From NCBI GenBank assembly GCA_044356215.1, contig JBIKWQ010000001.1, positions 28,311 to 92,310 on the forward strand: 64,000 bases of DNA, in the 5' to 3' direction. The DNA is from Bdellovibrionota bacterium. GTDB taxonomy: Bacteria; Bdellovibrionota_C; UBA2361; OMII01. The notes below the pieces were generated by a model. It did not search any database and was not told the DNA's origin. It saw nothing but the letters and a program-made list of their open reading frames with translations. A program made the translations under genes and the position numbers. Each line of letters starts with the position of its first letter. Positions within the stretch are counted from its first letter, which is position 1. This document shows, in pieces, positions 1 through 9,440 of this stretch.

Positions 1-135
1 TACCATATGGCGGGATCTCACTCTCCGGACGCTCTATCCCTATCAGATATTAGGCACCTGATTGAGTCAGCCGGCCTAGAGCCACAGGAACGCGATACGG
101 TGTACCAGCTGGTTGATAGAGAGTCCGGTGAGTAG
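1..135 (+). CDS. mqnE: 3' end of a radical SAM CofH/MqnE-type protein (aminofutalosine synthase-like), partial
   Basis: Frame 1 reads YHMAGSHSPDALSLSDIRHLIESAGLEPQERDTVYQLVDRESGE*, matching the MqnE/CofH C-terminus YHxAG...I..AG..P.ERDT.Y. Confidence 0.6.
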   Translation, partial: YHMAGSHSPDALSLSDIRHLIESAGLEPQERDTVYQLVDRESGE

Positions 136-140
136 TTTCA

Positions 141-497
141 CTATTTGTAAATCGCCAGGCTAGCCGCTATCGCTACGAGAACGGGGACCGCGAACCACAA
201 CTTACGCGCTAAGTGCTGCTTATAAGCCAACGCTACAAAAGCGCCCAAGATCAACCAGATCACGACCTTCCCCATAACCCATCCAGGAAACGAGTGAATA
301 CCCATCCTCGCCAACATTCCGAAGCCAGCGACTAACAGGAACAGCAAACCCACGCCGTGAGTTATCATAGCCCCTTTACGGAAAGAATTGCTTTGCTTCG
401 AGCCGCCATTGATCGCGTGCAATATGATACCACCCAACGAAAGCACAACTAGACTTAGTCCAAGCAGGTGTAGCACCTTGTAAATTTCATAACTCAT
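141..497 (-). CDS. small 4-TM membrane protein (SirB2/DUF2269-like)
   Basis: MSYEIYKVLHLLG start, four hydrophobic helices, HGVGLL and W..GK..IW motifs. Confidence 0.6.
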   Translation of the reverse strand: MSYEIYKVLHLLGLSLVVLSLGGIILHAINGGSKQSNSFRKGAMITHGVGLLFLLVAGFGMLARMGIHSFPGWVMGKVVIWLILGAFVALAYKQHLARKLWFAVPVLVAIAASLAIYK

Positions 498-599
498 TTT
501 TTTCTCCAAGTGTAAAACATGGCCAGGCGACCCGACCGCCTAACGAACCGCGAGCAGTATGCCCTACCTTTTGACCATGGTCCACAACTTGTGAAGCGC

Positions 600-1460
600 T
601 TATGCTCCAAATAGCGCCATCTGTGGGTCGGCGATCTCATGCTCCACAGGATGATACAGCTTCTCCGGAGCTATGTGATTGAGCGCGTCGTATAGAGGGC
701 GCTTGGTGTCGGCTCGCAGCCAGAAAAACTGCCGGTCTGCCGACAACTTTCGCGCCAACTCGCCAGTTGGCCTAGAACCGCCAGAAACATCAGAGATCGA
801 CTGCAGCGATATAAAGTCCGCCTCTTTCGCCAGCTCCTCGGCGAAGGACTTGGCGTCATTCCGCCAATCTCCGTAAGGCAAGATCGGCGCAACCTGCATA
901 CCGACTTTGAATCCGAAGCGACGCAACGCGCGCGCGGTTTTCCAGCGCTCACTGACAGTCGGCAAGTCAGGTGTGTATCTCAACCGCACCTCCTCAAGAG
1001 GTGTTTCTAATCCGATCATTACGAAGGTGTTGTTCCGAACCTGCTTAAGGACAGGTAAGCCGATGACGATTAACGGCGACCGAGTTTGAATAACTAACTT
1101 GCCTGGAGCGTATCTTTCGAAGAGCTCAAGAAACTTCATACTCGTGGCGAATTTCTCATCAAAGGGATGAAATGGATCCGTTGTAACACCGAACACAACA
1201 GTTGACCTCCGAAGCTCACCGCGAGAGGAGAGCCTAGCCAGGTGTCGCTCCAAATCGGCGAGTGGTTGCTGGGTATTCATTACGTACCTACTCCGTAGCA
1301 GCCCTCCCCCTTCTTTCTTGTTTCCCTCCGCTTGTAAATGGAACTTCTTCTCCTCCGCCGCCGCCCTACCGATCGAGATGCCGCGGGCATAGGAGTCAAC
1401 TACCAGAATAGGATTAGCGCGCTCCCTAACCGCCGCTCGCGTCTGATTATTATCGTTCAT
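600..1460 (-). CDS. SPL/Rv2578c-like radical SAM fold protein lacking CxxxCxxC
   Basis: FGVTTDPF, IQTRSPLI, P...ER......L...G......APILP motifs; ATG at 1460 with upstream GGGAG; no Cys from this start; ends QMALF. Confidence 0.7.
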   Translation of the reverse strand: MNDNNQTRAAVRERANPILVVDSYARGISIGRAAAEEKKFHLQAEGNKKEGGGLLRSRYVMNTQQPLADLERHLARLSSRGELRRSTVVFGVTTDPFHPFDEKFATSMKFLELFERYAPGKLVIQTRSPLIVIGLPVLKQVRNNTFVMIGLETPLEEVRLRYTPDLPTVSERWKTARALRRFGFKVGMQVAPILPYGDWRNDAKSFAEELAKEADFISLQSISDVSGGSRPTGELARKLSADRQFFWLRADTKRPLYDALNHIAPEKLYHPVEHEIADPQMALFGA

Positions 1461-1739
1461 ATTCTCGCTCCCTAACCTGTATGAATTAGCCCCACAACCA
1501 GCCGCCTGACCGAGCGCGACTTTAAGTCTCTTAAACTTAAGAAGCCAGAGGAGCCGTTTTCGGTTCAAACAACTTAAAGTTGAAACTTTATAAGCTTATA
1601 TCTCCCTCAGACCGCCTGTCCGGTCCCCTTAAGCCACTTGCGAGGCCTTTTCAAAGGTTTTAAACTCCCCAGGCAAGCTCGAATTAGATGAAACGGGCAA
1701 ACAATGATTGTAAAGCGATAGTTTTAGAGGAGTCGCGAA

Positions 1740-2066
1740 ATGGCAGGCAACGTAGGAGAGATTAACGATTCTGAATTTGAGGCTCAGGTACTTCAATCGG
1801 CTATACCGGTAGTAGTTGATTTTTGGGCTCCATGGTGTGGTCCGTGTAAGAGTATAGCGCCAGTGCTTGAGGAGATCGCCAAGGATTTAAATGGTCAGGT
1901 GAAGTTTCTAAAAATCAACGTCGACGACAACACAAAGAGCGCCGGACAGTACAACGTAAGGGCTATCCCTAATCTTGTAATTTTCAAGGGCGGAGCTGAG
2001 GTTGATCGCGTTGTAGGCGCGGTAGCTAAGGACCAACTTGTGGCTACAATTAAGAAAGTTATCTAA
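1740..2066 (+). CDS. trxA: thioredoxin
   Basis: VDFWAPWCGPCK active site; GAGGAG RBS. Confidence 0.97.
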   Translation: MAGNVGEINDSEFEAQVLQSAIPVVVDFWAPWCGPCKSIAPVLEEIAKDLNGQVKFLKINVDDNTKSAGQYNVRAIPNLVIFKGGAEVDRVVGAVAKDQLVATIKKVI

Positions 2067-2101
2067 TCAGCAACCCTTTGGGGTGGACTGCAAGATCACT
2101 C

Positions 2102-2143
2102 AAGGCCTAGCGGTGCGTTAGCGCCACTAGGCCTTATGTTTAT
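2102..2143 (+). terminator. stem-loop after trxA, possible intrinsic terminator
   Basis: AAGGCCTAG...CTAGGCCTT inverted repeat followed by ATGTTTAT. Confidence 0.45.
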
Positions 2144-2317
2144 CCTAAAAACGGCAGTTAAGGAGGACCAAAATGGTGCAGCTGGTTAAAAGCACAAGAG
2201 ATTTTGAAATTTTCGGCGCGCAACCCTGGCACCGTCAGGGTGAGCGCCGAAGATTCAAAAGCCGCAGTGATTTTAGCCAGATGCGCCGTTTTGGGACCCG
2301 CAACTGCCGTTTTTAGG
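2144..2317. mobile_element. 174-bp palindromic MITE-like element, family 1, copy A
   Basis: TIR CCTAAAAACGGCAGTT/AACTGCCGTTTTTAGG; near-identical copy at 22916-23089; flanks TTTAT/TTCAT form a near-duplication. Confidence 0.9.
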
Positions 2318-2332
2318 TTCATAGCCGATATT

Positions 2333-3211
2333 ATGGACTCTAATAATAAGAGCCCCAACTCGTGGTTCTCTGTAACACTTAGACCACTGCAGGTTGGACT
2401 ATCCAGCGATGCTTTTGATGGTCTGTGCGCGGACCTGCTTGAAATTGGGGCGGCTGGAACTGCCGTGGACAGAGCGCCTGAGATCACTTGCTATCTTGAG
2501 GGTGATCAAAAGAAGGCCGATCTTTTTGTGGACGCGATTAACAAACTTAATTGCGAGCTTATATCCCTATCAAAAGTCGCGAATGAAAATTGGACCGGCG
2601 CGTGTCCGGATGTTTGGGAACCGATTAGAGCTGGAAATATCGAGATAGTTCCGGTGCAATCTATTGATGATCCCCGCCCATCATCTAAAGATTCGATCAG
2701 GATTATACCTGGATTGGGTTTTGGAACAGGCCATCACGCGACAACAAGGATGGTGCTCCTTGAGCTATGCGAGTACTCCAAGCAGCAGCGAAGCGCTCCA
2801 CCCAGGATCTTCGATCTCGGAACAGGCAGTGGGATTCTCGCCATCGCGGCGGCCAAGCTCCTCAATACTGAAGTAGAGGGAAATGACATAGAGCTCGGAG
2901 CGATAGATAACGCCAGAGATAACATCGCCCTAAATAATCTTCAGGATAAGATCACCGTATCAAATAAAGATATTACCGAATTCTCTGGTCACTACGATCT
3001 TATTCTGGCGAATGTTTATGGCGAAGTTCTGATGAATCTCGCCCCTGAAGTAACGCGACTGTCGCGGCCTGGAACGACAGCTATCCTGTCAGGTATCACA
3101 GAGATCGTCTGGGACCAAGTATGGTCTGTCTACGGCGAGAAGTATGGATGGAGCCTAGTATCCGAGCAGAACGAAGGAGGCTGGATCGGCGCGCGGTTGG
3201 TGTATTCGTAA
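2333..3211 (+). CDS. prmA: ribosomal protein L11 methyltransferase
   Basis: PGLGFGTGHHATT, DLGTGSGILAIAA, YDLILAN; the ORF-track N-terminal extension lies inside the MITE. Confidence 0.9.
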   Translation: MDSNNKSPNSWFSVTLRPLQVGLSSDAFDGLCADLLEIGAAGTAVDRAPEITCYLEGDQKKADLFVDAINKLNCELISLSKVANENWTGACPDVWEPIRAGNIEIVPVQSIDDPRPSSKDSIRIIPGLGFGTGHHATTRMVLLELCEYSKQQRSAPPRIFDLGTGSGILAIAAAKLLNTEVEGNDIELGAIDNARDNIALNNLQDKITVSNKDITEFSGHYDLILANVYGEVLMNLAPEVTRLSRPGTTAILSGITEIVWDQVWSVYGEKYGWSLVSEQNEGGWIGARLVYS

Positions 3212-3319
3212 CTACTCGCAGGATTTGGAGGAATTCTGGAAGTGTAAGTTGGTGCTTTTTCCGGTTTACAGATCCTAAATCCCCTCATATCCTTAGAACA
3301 CGAACTAAAGGTATTAAAT

Positions 3320-4354
3320 ATGAAAGCGATTTTTTTTGATAAGCACGGCGAGATAGACACCCTTAAATATGCTGATATTCCGCAGCCTGAACCTAAATTA
3401 GGCGAGGCGCTTATACGAGTTAGAGCGGTTGCTTTAAATCACCTAGATATCTGGGTCCGCCGCGGCTGGCCAGGGCTACATCTTGAGATGCCTCATGTGG
3501 GGGGAGCAGATGTTTCCGGAGAGATAGTAGCTATTAACGTTCCAGGCACCACATGGACACCGGGGACAAAGGTTATAGTAAATCCAGGAATAATCACATC
3601 AGATGATGAATGGACACGCAAAGGCGAAGACAGCTTAAGCCCCGGCTATAAGATCCTTGGTGAGCAGATCCCCGGCGGCTTCGCCGAATATGTGTGCGTC
3701 CCGGTAGGCAATTTATACAGACTTCCTGATGGCATTTCATTCGAAGCTGGGGCTGCCCCCCTCCTTGTTGGAGTGACATCTTGGCGGATGCTCTTTAAGC
3801 GTGGGCAGTTGCGGGCTGGCGAATCAGTTTTAGTCGTGGGCGCGGGAGGTGGCGTAAACTCATTATCGATACTCTTAGCTAAAGCCGCAGGAGCCTCAGT
3901 AATCGCGTTAGCTGGCGGTCGAGAAAAAGCGGATAAAGCGACATCGCTTGGAGCCTCTAACGTAATCGATTACACAGCAAACCCTGATTGGCACCTTGAG
4001 GTGCTCAAGATAACTAAGGGTCGCGGAGTTGATCTAGTCATCGACAATGTTGGTTCCAAGACGATGCCAAAGAGTCTGCGCGCTGTGGCTCGCGGTGGGC
4101 GGATCGTTACGGTAGGAAACACCAAGGGATACGAGCTCTCCTTTGATAATAGGCTCTTTTTCACAAAACAGGTTTCACTGATCGGATCAACCATGGGAAG
4201 CCGCAACGACTTCACTGAGGTGATGGAGTTCCTATTTAATAACAATATTAAGACTCCAATAGACACGGTCGCGCCATTATCAGACGGAATCAAGATGATT
4301 CAGCGTCTAGAGTCAGGGCAACAGTTTGGAAAGATAGTTCTGCGAGTGGCGTAA
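3320..4354 (+). CDS. MDR-family zinc-binding dehydrogenase / quinone oxidoreductase
   Basis: ALNHLDIWVRRG, GGFAEY, GAGGGV, QFGKIVL. Confidence 0.88.
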   Translation: MKAIFFDKHGEIDTLKYADIPQPEPKLGEALIRVRAVALNHLDIWVRRGWPGLHLEMPHVGGADVSGEIVAINVPGTTWTPGTKVIVNPGIITSDDEWTRKGEDSLSPGYKILGEQIPGGFAEYVCVPVGNLYRLPDGISFEAGAAPLLVGVTSWRMLFKRGQLRAGESVLVVGAGGGVNSLSILLAKAAGASVIALAGGREKADKATSLGASNVIDYTANPDWHLEVLKITKGRGVDLVIDNVGSKTMPKSLRAVARGGRIVTVGNTKGYELSFDNRLFFTKQVSLIGSTMGSRNDFTEVMEFLFNNNIKTPIDTVAPLSDGIKMIQRLESGQQFGKIVLRVA

Positions 4355-4375
4355 TCCGCGCTGGAAACGTTTATT

Positions 4376-5779
4376 TCAGGCGTAGTTCGACAACCTATCT
4401 TTTAAAACCGGAAGATATTCCTGAAGCTCAGGTATCTCCTCTAAAGACAGGGAACCAAAAACCAGATCATCTAAAGACACAACCTGATCACTTCGTACAC
4501 TTAAATCTATCTCCCCTCGTAGCACACCAGGAACCAGCTCTTTTAGCCCATTCGCGAAGCGCTCCAGGTACCTGACACGTCCGCGCCAACGCCTAATCGC
4601 GAGCTCGATAGTCCTCTCCGAGATACCCTGCGCTCTGGCCAGAGCTCTAAAAGAATCGACCTCACAATTGCGCTCACTACCCGGTAGCGGTCTCTCAGCT
4701 ACCTTTTTAATCCGTTTAGGCTCAGGCGATAGCGCCAATAACTGCGATACGATCTTTTTTGCAACTCGATACGCGTCCCACGGACCCCTGATTGATGCCC
4801 TAAAAATACCCTTCACCTGAGTAACAACGAACTTATCTCTGAGCTTCCCCGATATCGGCACTTTTAGGGACTCGCGCTCTATTATCCAGCCGGCCTCATC
4901 CACCGCTTGCTGAATTACCGCGGCACTAGCCTCATCAGAGATCCCTTTCTGACCAAAGAGCAGCGCCACCTCTATCGTCATAAGACCTAGTCGTTTAACT
5001 GAAACAAAGGAGCCATCCGAAAGCTCAAAGGTCATTAATCGACCGCCCTTCTTGGCGCTCCTTGGCCTCGCCTGAAAAACAACGCGCATACCCGCAGGGT
5101 CCGGATCGGTGGCTGGAATAACAAAAGTACCCATTCTAGAGGCAGGCAGAGACCCAGCGCTCGGATCTAAAAAAATACCCCCAACGCGGGCCTCATACAC
5201 TTTCTCTGTTAATTGGTCTTTGAAGCCCACAACATAACATCCACTCTCGGCGGACTCCGCCTCCACGTAGAGCGGCTGAACACTCCCCAATAGAGAAGCC
5301 CCCTCTTGTCGCGCGGCCAAAGCAGTCTCACGAATTAAAAGACGTTCATCAACAGAGGCTAGATTGGCGAACCTCTTGACCATCTTGGCGGACAAGCCAT
5401 ACGAATCATTTCCATCCGGAGCGAATGGATTGAGCAAATGTGAAGCGGTCGAGCCACTCAAATTCTTAATCACCGCCGATGCGGAAAATAATTTAAGCGG
5501 GCGCTCCTTAAGACCACGACAAAGTGTCGCGTCCCAAGATAACGAGCCAGCTCCAAAATAGCTCCGCTCAAGACATAGGACCTTTATACCTTGTAAAGCG
5601 GCTTCGTGGGCTAGGACAACACCACAGAGCCCACCTCCTAAGATAAGAAGGTCGTAATTAATATTCTCCTCGAGTCCCTCTAAGAGCTCCTCACGTGTCG
5701 ATAACATAGCAAACGGCTCAGAGTCATCGAGCATTCGCTCCGATTCATCGCTGTATAGCGACAAGATCCGCTCACTCAT
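4376..5779 (-). CDS. divergent FAD-dependent glycerol-3-phosphate dehydrogenase (GlpD)-like protein
   Basis: YDLLILGGGLCG...A.QG.KV..LER..FGAG FAD motif and a DAO_C-like C-terminus; central catalytic motifs eroded. Confidence 0.65.
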   Translation of the reverse strand: MSERILSLYSDESERMLDDSEPFAMLSTREELLEGLEENINYDLLILGGGLCGVVLAHEAALQGIKVLCLERSYFGAGSLSWDATLCRGLKERPLKLFSASAVIKNLSGSTASHLLNPFAPDGNDSYGLSAKMVKRFANLASVDERLLIRETALAARQEGASLLGSVQPLYVEAESAESGCYVVGFKDQLTEKVYEARVGGIFLDPSAGSLPASRMGTFVIPATDPDPAGMRVVFQARPRSAKKGGRLMTFELSDGSFVSVKRLGLMTIEVALLFGQKGISDEASAAVIQQAVDEAGWIIERESLKVPISGKLRDKFVVTQVKGIFRASIRGPWDAYRVAKKIVSQLLALSPEPKRIKKVAERPLPGSERNCEVDSFRALARAQGISERTIELAIRRWRGRVRYLERFANGLKELVPGVLRGEIDLSVRSDQVVSLDDLVFGSLSLEEIPELQEYLPVLKDRLSNYA

Positions 5780-6128
5780 ATATCCGCACCTGCCAACTTA
5801 CCGCGCCAGGAATAGTTATCTGCCATGAACCACCACCCACATCGGCGAAAACACACTCTCCTTTGCCTGATATCAGCGAGCGCTTCTCCGCCGCTAATCC
5901 GTCAACATTAGTCGCCACGCACTCGCGCTTTAAAGTCGAGGGCTGCGGACTTTGAATAGTGACAACCACCCTTGCCGCCGAACGGGTAATCTTGATCGCT
6001 CGGACCAACCCACCTGAATCGACGATTCGTACCTGATCGGCTCTAGCCCCTAAAGACCAAAAAGTCATTAGCGCTATAACCAGCGCCACCATGACCTTCT
6101 GAATCTGATTGAGAGATAAGCTTCTCAT
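5772..6128 (-). CDS. secreted beta-rich hypothetical protein
   Basis: Signal peptide ending ARA-D; overlaps the downstream ORF and starts 8 nt after the purD stop. Confidence 0.6.
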   Translation of the reverse strand: MRSLSLNQIQKVMVALVIALMTFWSLGARADQVRIVDSGGLVRAIKITRSAARVVVTIQSPQPSTLKRECVATNVDGLAAEKRSLISGKGECVFADVGGGSWQITIPGAVSWQVRIYE

Positions 6129-6135
6129 CAGCACC

Positions 6136-7398
6136 CTACACCCCGATATCGCGGCGAACACGACGGCCCCGTAGCTGAATCATATCTACCACCTTGTAAG
6201 CGGAGTGCCGGGCTCCTTCTAGAGTCTCGTTTAACGCGACAACACTAAGCGTGCGTCCTCCAACAGATTCTAGCTCCCCTTTTTGATTCATCCTTGTCGC
6301 GGCATGAAAAACAACGGTGTCAGGAACCATCCGCGTCAGCTCAAGCCCAGTTATAACATCACCCTTTACTGGGGCCTCAGGATAACCGTCCGAAGCGACG
6401 ACGACGCATGTGGCTACCTTTGAACTCCACTGAAGTTCAGGGAGATCGCTCTTGGAACCACAGATCCAAGCGAAGAGATCTATTGGGTCGCTAACCAAAC
6501 GCGCCATGATCGACTGGCACTCGGGATCTCCAAGTCTTGTATTGTACTCTAAAACACGAACTCCGAGCTCTCGTGGCTTAGTCGGATCGATCATCAAACC
6601 AGCGTAAAGAAAGCCTCGAAAAGGGACCCCTCTCTTAGCCATCGTCTCAACAATTGGCTTAGCGCAATGTACCCCTATCCACCGGAGGTCATCCTCGCTA
6701 ATCCGTGGTGTTGGGCAAATAGACCCCATACCACCTGTGTTTGGTCCCTCATCTTTATCTTGTAATCGCTTGTAATCGTGCGCTGGCGCTAACGCGACAA
6801 CGTCACTCCCGTTTGACGCGAAAATACAGCTAACCTCAAATCCATTTAGAAACTCCTCAACCACTACCTTCTCCGCTTTCAGCGGACCAAAGATCTGATC
6901 AAAGGCCGGCTCAAAGTCCTCCTTCTTGAGGATCACAAAAACCCCTTTCCCTGAAGCTAATCCGTCTACCTTTAGCACAAGTGGCGCGCCCTTAGCGGCG
7001 CAATACTCTGATAGTGAGGATCTTGAATTGAAAACCTCGTAACCAGCCGTTGGAACCCCCGAGGCTACCATCACCTCCTTGGCGAAACTCTTGGAGCTCT
7101 CAAGCATAGCTGCCGCCTTTGACGGTCCTATTATCTTCAGACCAGCAGCCTCAAATGAATCGACTACACCAACAGCCAATGCGGCTTCTGGTCCCACTAC
7201 AGTCAGCGTGACGCCCTTTTCACGCGCTAGGCCAAGCAATCCGGCGGTATCTGTAACAGCGATATCAGCGCACTCAGCCACCGAAGCGATCCCTGGATTT
7301 CCTGGGGCGCAGATCACCTGCGAAACGCTCTTTGAACCCTTTAGCCTCCAACACAGAGCGTGCTCACGAGCTCCGCCACCAATCACTAATACTTTCAT
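6136..7398 (-). CDS. purD: phosphoribosylamine-glycine ligase
   Basis: GGGAREHAL, VVGPEA, LESSKSFAK, GPNTGGMG, EYNTRLGDPE. Confidence 0.97.
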   Translation of the reverse strand: MKVLVIGGGAREHALCWRLKGSKSVSQVICAPGNPGIASVAECADIAVTDTAGLLGLAREKGVTLTVVGPEAALAVGVVDSFEAAGLKIIGPSKAAAMLESSKSFAKEVMVASGVPTAGYEVFNSRSSLSEYCAAKGAPLVLKVDGLASGKGVFVILKKEDFEPAFDQIFGPLKAEKVVVEEFLNGFEVSCIFASNGSDVVALAPAHDYKRLQDKDEGPNTGGMGSICPTPRISEDDLRWIGVHCAKPIVETMAKRGVPFRGFLYAGLMIDPTKPRELGVRVLEYNTRLGDPECQSIMARLVSDPIDLFAWICGSKSDLPELQWSSKVATCVVVASDGYPEAPVKGDVITGLELTRMVPDTVVFHAATRMNQKGELESVGGRTLSVVALNETLEGARHSAYKVVDMIQLRGRRVRRDIGV

Positions 7399-7423
7399 AC
7401 TCACCCTACTTAAAAGATCCGGA

Positions 7424-9010
7424 CTAGTGCCTAAAGTGACGATCAGCCGCGAAAAAGAGACTTACGTTCTTATCTTCAGCGACCGCTTTTACATCCTCAT
7501 CTCGCTTGGCTCCAGCCGGCGAAACTACGCAGCTAATTCCCTCCGCGGCAAGCGTCTCGACCGAATCAGGAAATGGAAAAAACGCGTCCGATGCGGCAAC
7601 TGCCCCGTTAAGCGTATGGCCGTGTAGCTTAGCTTTTCGTATCGCTAATTCCACTGAATCGATCCTGCTCATCTGTCCCGCTCCGACACCGATTAACAGT
7701 CCACCTTTAACCAAAACGATCGCGTTTGATTTAACATGTCCGCATACTCGCCAAGCCAAATCGAGGTCTGACAATTCTTCGACGCTCGGAGTTCTCGAAG
7801 TTACCCTCTCCGCCGATGATATCCCCCCACCTGACACATCCGGCTCTTGCATTAAAACAGAGCCAGCCACGGTACGGATCTCAACGCCACTGAGAGGACG
7901 CGAATCGACCTGAAGAATCCGAAGATTCTTACTTGTGCGTAGTACCTCTAGCCCCTCTTCTGTATAAGCGGGGGCAACCACTATCTCCGCGAAGTCACCG
8001 CGAATCTCAAGTGCCGCGTCCTTATCAACCTCGCGATTAACGACCAGAATTCCTCCGAAGTGACTGCGTGGATCGCAATGTTTGGCCCGCTCTATCGCCT
8101 CACACACCGAATCCGCTGAAGCTACGCCACACGGATTTAGATGCTTTAATATCGCCACAGTTGGCTTGCCGCTAGGAAGATCCGCCAAGAGGCGCAGCCC
8201 CGCGTCGAAATCAAGCATATTATTGTAAGAGAGCTCCTTGCCGCCAAGCTGCTTCCAGTTTGAGCCACTAAGTGTTTTGATGTTAGCCGCCGCTACGTTA
8301 TAAACCGCCGCCTTCTGGTGCGGATTCTCTCCGTAACGAAGCTCTGCCTGTTTAGTGAGTGAAAGGGAAACTTTCCCCGGTAACTCTGCGCTAGTAGCGC
8401 TAGCTGTGGCTGCGCCCAATGAAGCGAAATATCCACCAATCGCTCCATCATAGGCTGAAAGAGTTTGAAACACCTTAGCGGCGAGTGCTCTTCTAAATTC
8501 GAGCGAGAAGCAGTCCACTCCGTCTCTGCGGTTTTTTAGTAGCTGAATCACCGCCGAGTAATCAGCGGGATCGATTAATGGCAAAACAAATCGGTGATTC
8601 TTGGCCGCGGCCCTAATCATCGTTGGACCACCAACATCAACTAACTCAGTCATCTCCTCTGGATTGTTAGCGCGCTCACTGTCGAGATATTTCGTAAATG
8701 GGTAAAGATTCACGATCACGACATCGATCGGAGCTATCTCCTCTCGCGCTAACTGTTCAAGGTGATGTGATTGGTCACGCCGGGCGAGAACTCCGCCATG
8801 GATTTTGGGGTGCAGCGTCTTTACCCGACCATCTAAGAGTTCTGCTAGCCCGGTGTAGGATTCAACACTTGTATAATCAATTTTCGCGGCACTTAATGCC
8901 TTGCCAGTTCCAGATGTGGCGAGCAAGGTGTATCCGGACTCCGCCAACGCCTTCGCCAACTCAACCAACCCAGTTTGATCTGAGACACTCAGTAAAGCCA
9001 TCTTCTTCAT
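7424..9010 (-). CDS. purH: bifunctional AICAR transformylase/IMP cyclohydrolase
   Basis: GRVKTLHP, LRYGENPHQ, KHLNPCG, GQMSRIDS, SDAFFPF, RHFRH. Confidence 0.98.
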   Translation of the reverse strand: MKKMALLSVSDQTGLVELAKALAESGYTLLATSGTGKALSAAKIDYTSVESYTGLAELLDGRVKTLHPKIHGGVLARRDQSHHLEQLAREEIAPIDVVIVNLYPFTKYLDSERANNPEEMTELVDVGGPTMIRAAAKNHRFVLPLIDPADYSAVIQLLKNRRDGVDCFSLEFRRALAAKVFQTLSAYDGAIGGYFASLGAATASATSAELPGKVSLSLTKQAELRYGENPHQKAAVYNVAAANIKTLSGSNWKQLGGKELSYNNMLDFDAGLRLLADLPSGKPTVAILKHLNPCGVASADSVCEAIERAKHCDPRSHFGGILVVNREVDKDAALEIRGDFAEIVVAPAYTEEGLEVLRTSKNLRILQVDSRPLSGVEIRTVAGSVLMQEPDVSGGGISSAERVTSRTPSVEELSDLDLAWRVCGHVKSNAIVLVKGGLLIGVGAGQMSRIDSVELAIRKAKLHGHTLNGAVAASDAFFPFPDSVETLAAEGISCVVSPAGAKRDEDVKAVAEDKNVSLFFAADRHFRH

Positions 9011-9094
9011 AATTTTTTCCTGTGTGAAATTGTAGGCCATGAAGAATAGCGGGTTATCGGTTGAGTTGCTAGCTTTGGAGGGGGCTAATTGCTC

Positions 9095-9302
9095 GTGACT
9101 ACTCAGCGTATTTTTTGGATCGCTACAGTCATATCATCGCTAAAAAGCCGCTCCTTAATGGGGGCTAACGTTATCGCGGCATAATTGGCTGAGTAGTTGC
9201 AATTCCTCAATATTTACGACCACCTTCGAGCAAAATAGCTACCTATCCGCCCGGCGCTCGTATTCCGAACGCAACGATCCAAAAAATCCGGTGAGTAGTT
9301 AC
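9095..9302. repeat. decayed palindromic element, family 3 (GTRACTACTCA...TGAGTAGTTAC ends)
   Basis: Left end GTGACTACTCAGCGTATTTTTTGGATCG pairs with right end CGATCCAAAAAATCCGGTGAGTAGTTAC; extra internal end at 9188-9200. Confidence 0.6.
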
Positions 9303-9386
9303 CTTCCCACTTCAATAGAACGGAGGATTGTATTACTATTAAGGCAACCACCTAGATTCTCAGGACTACCTGAGCTATCGAAAAAA

Positions 9387-9431
9387 GTAACTACTCAACA
9401 AATGCCGCCGCAATTGCGTTTGAGTAGTTAC
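9387..9431. repeat. 45-bp palindrome, family 3 minimal unit
   Basis: GTAACTACTCAA...TTGAGTAGTTAC perfect 12-bp inverted repeat, 9 nt before the PP2C ATG. Confidence 0.7.
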
Positions 9432-9440
9432 CAAAAAAAT

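Noticed and set aside
2204..2332. N-terminal extension of PrmA, and the duplicated ORFs 2158-2487, 22930-23151 and 22976-23158
   Set aside because: They are translations of the MITE sequence.
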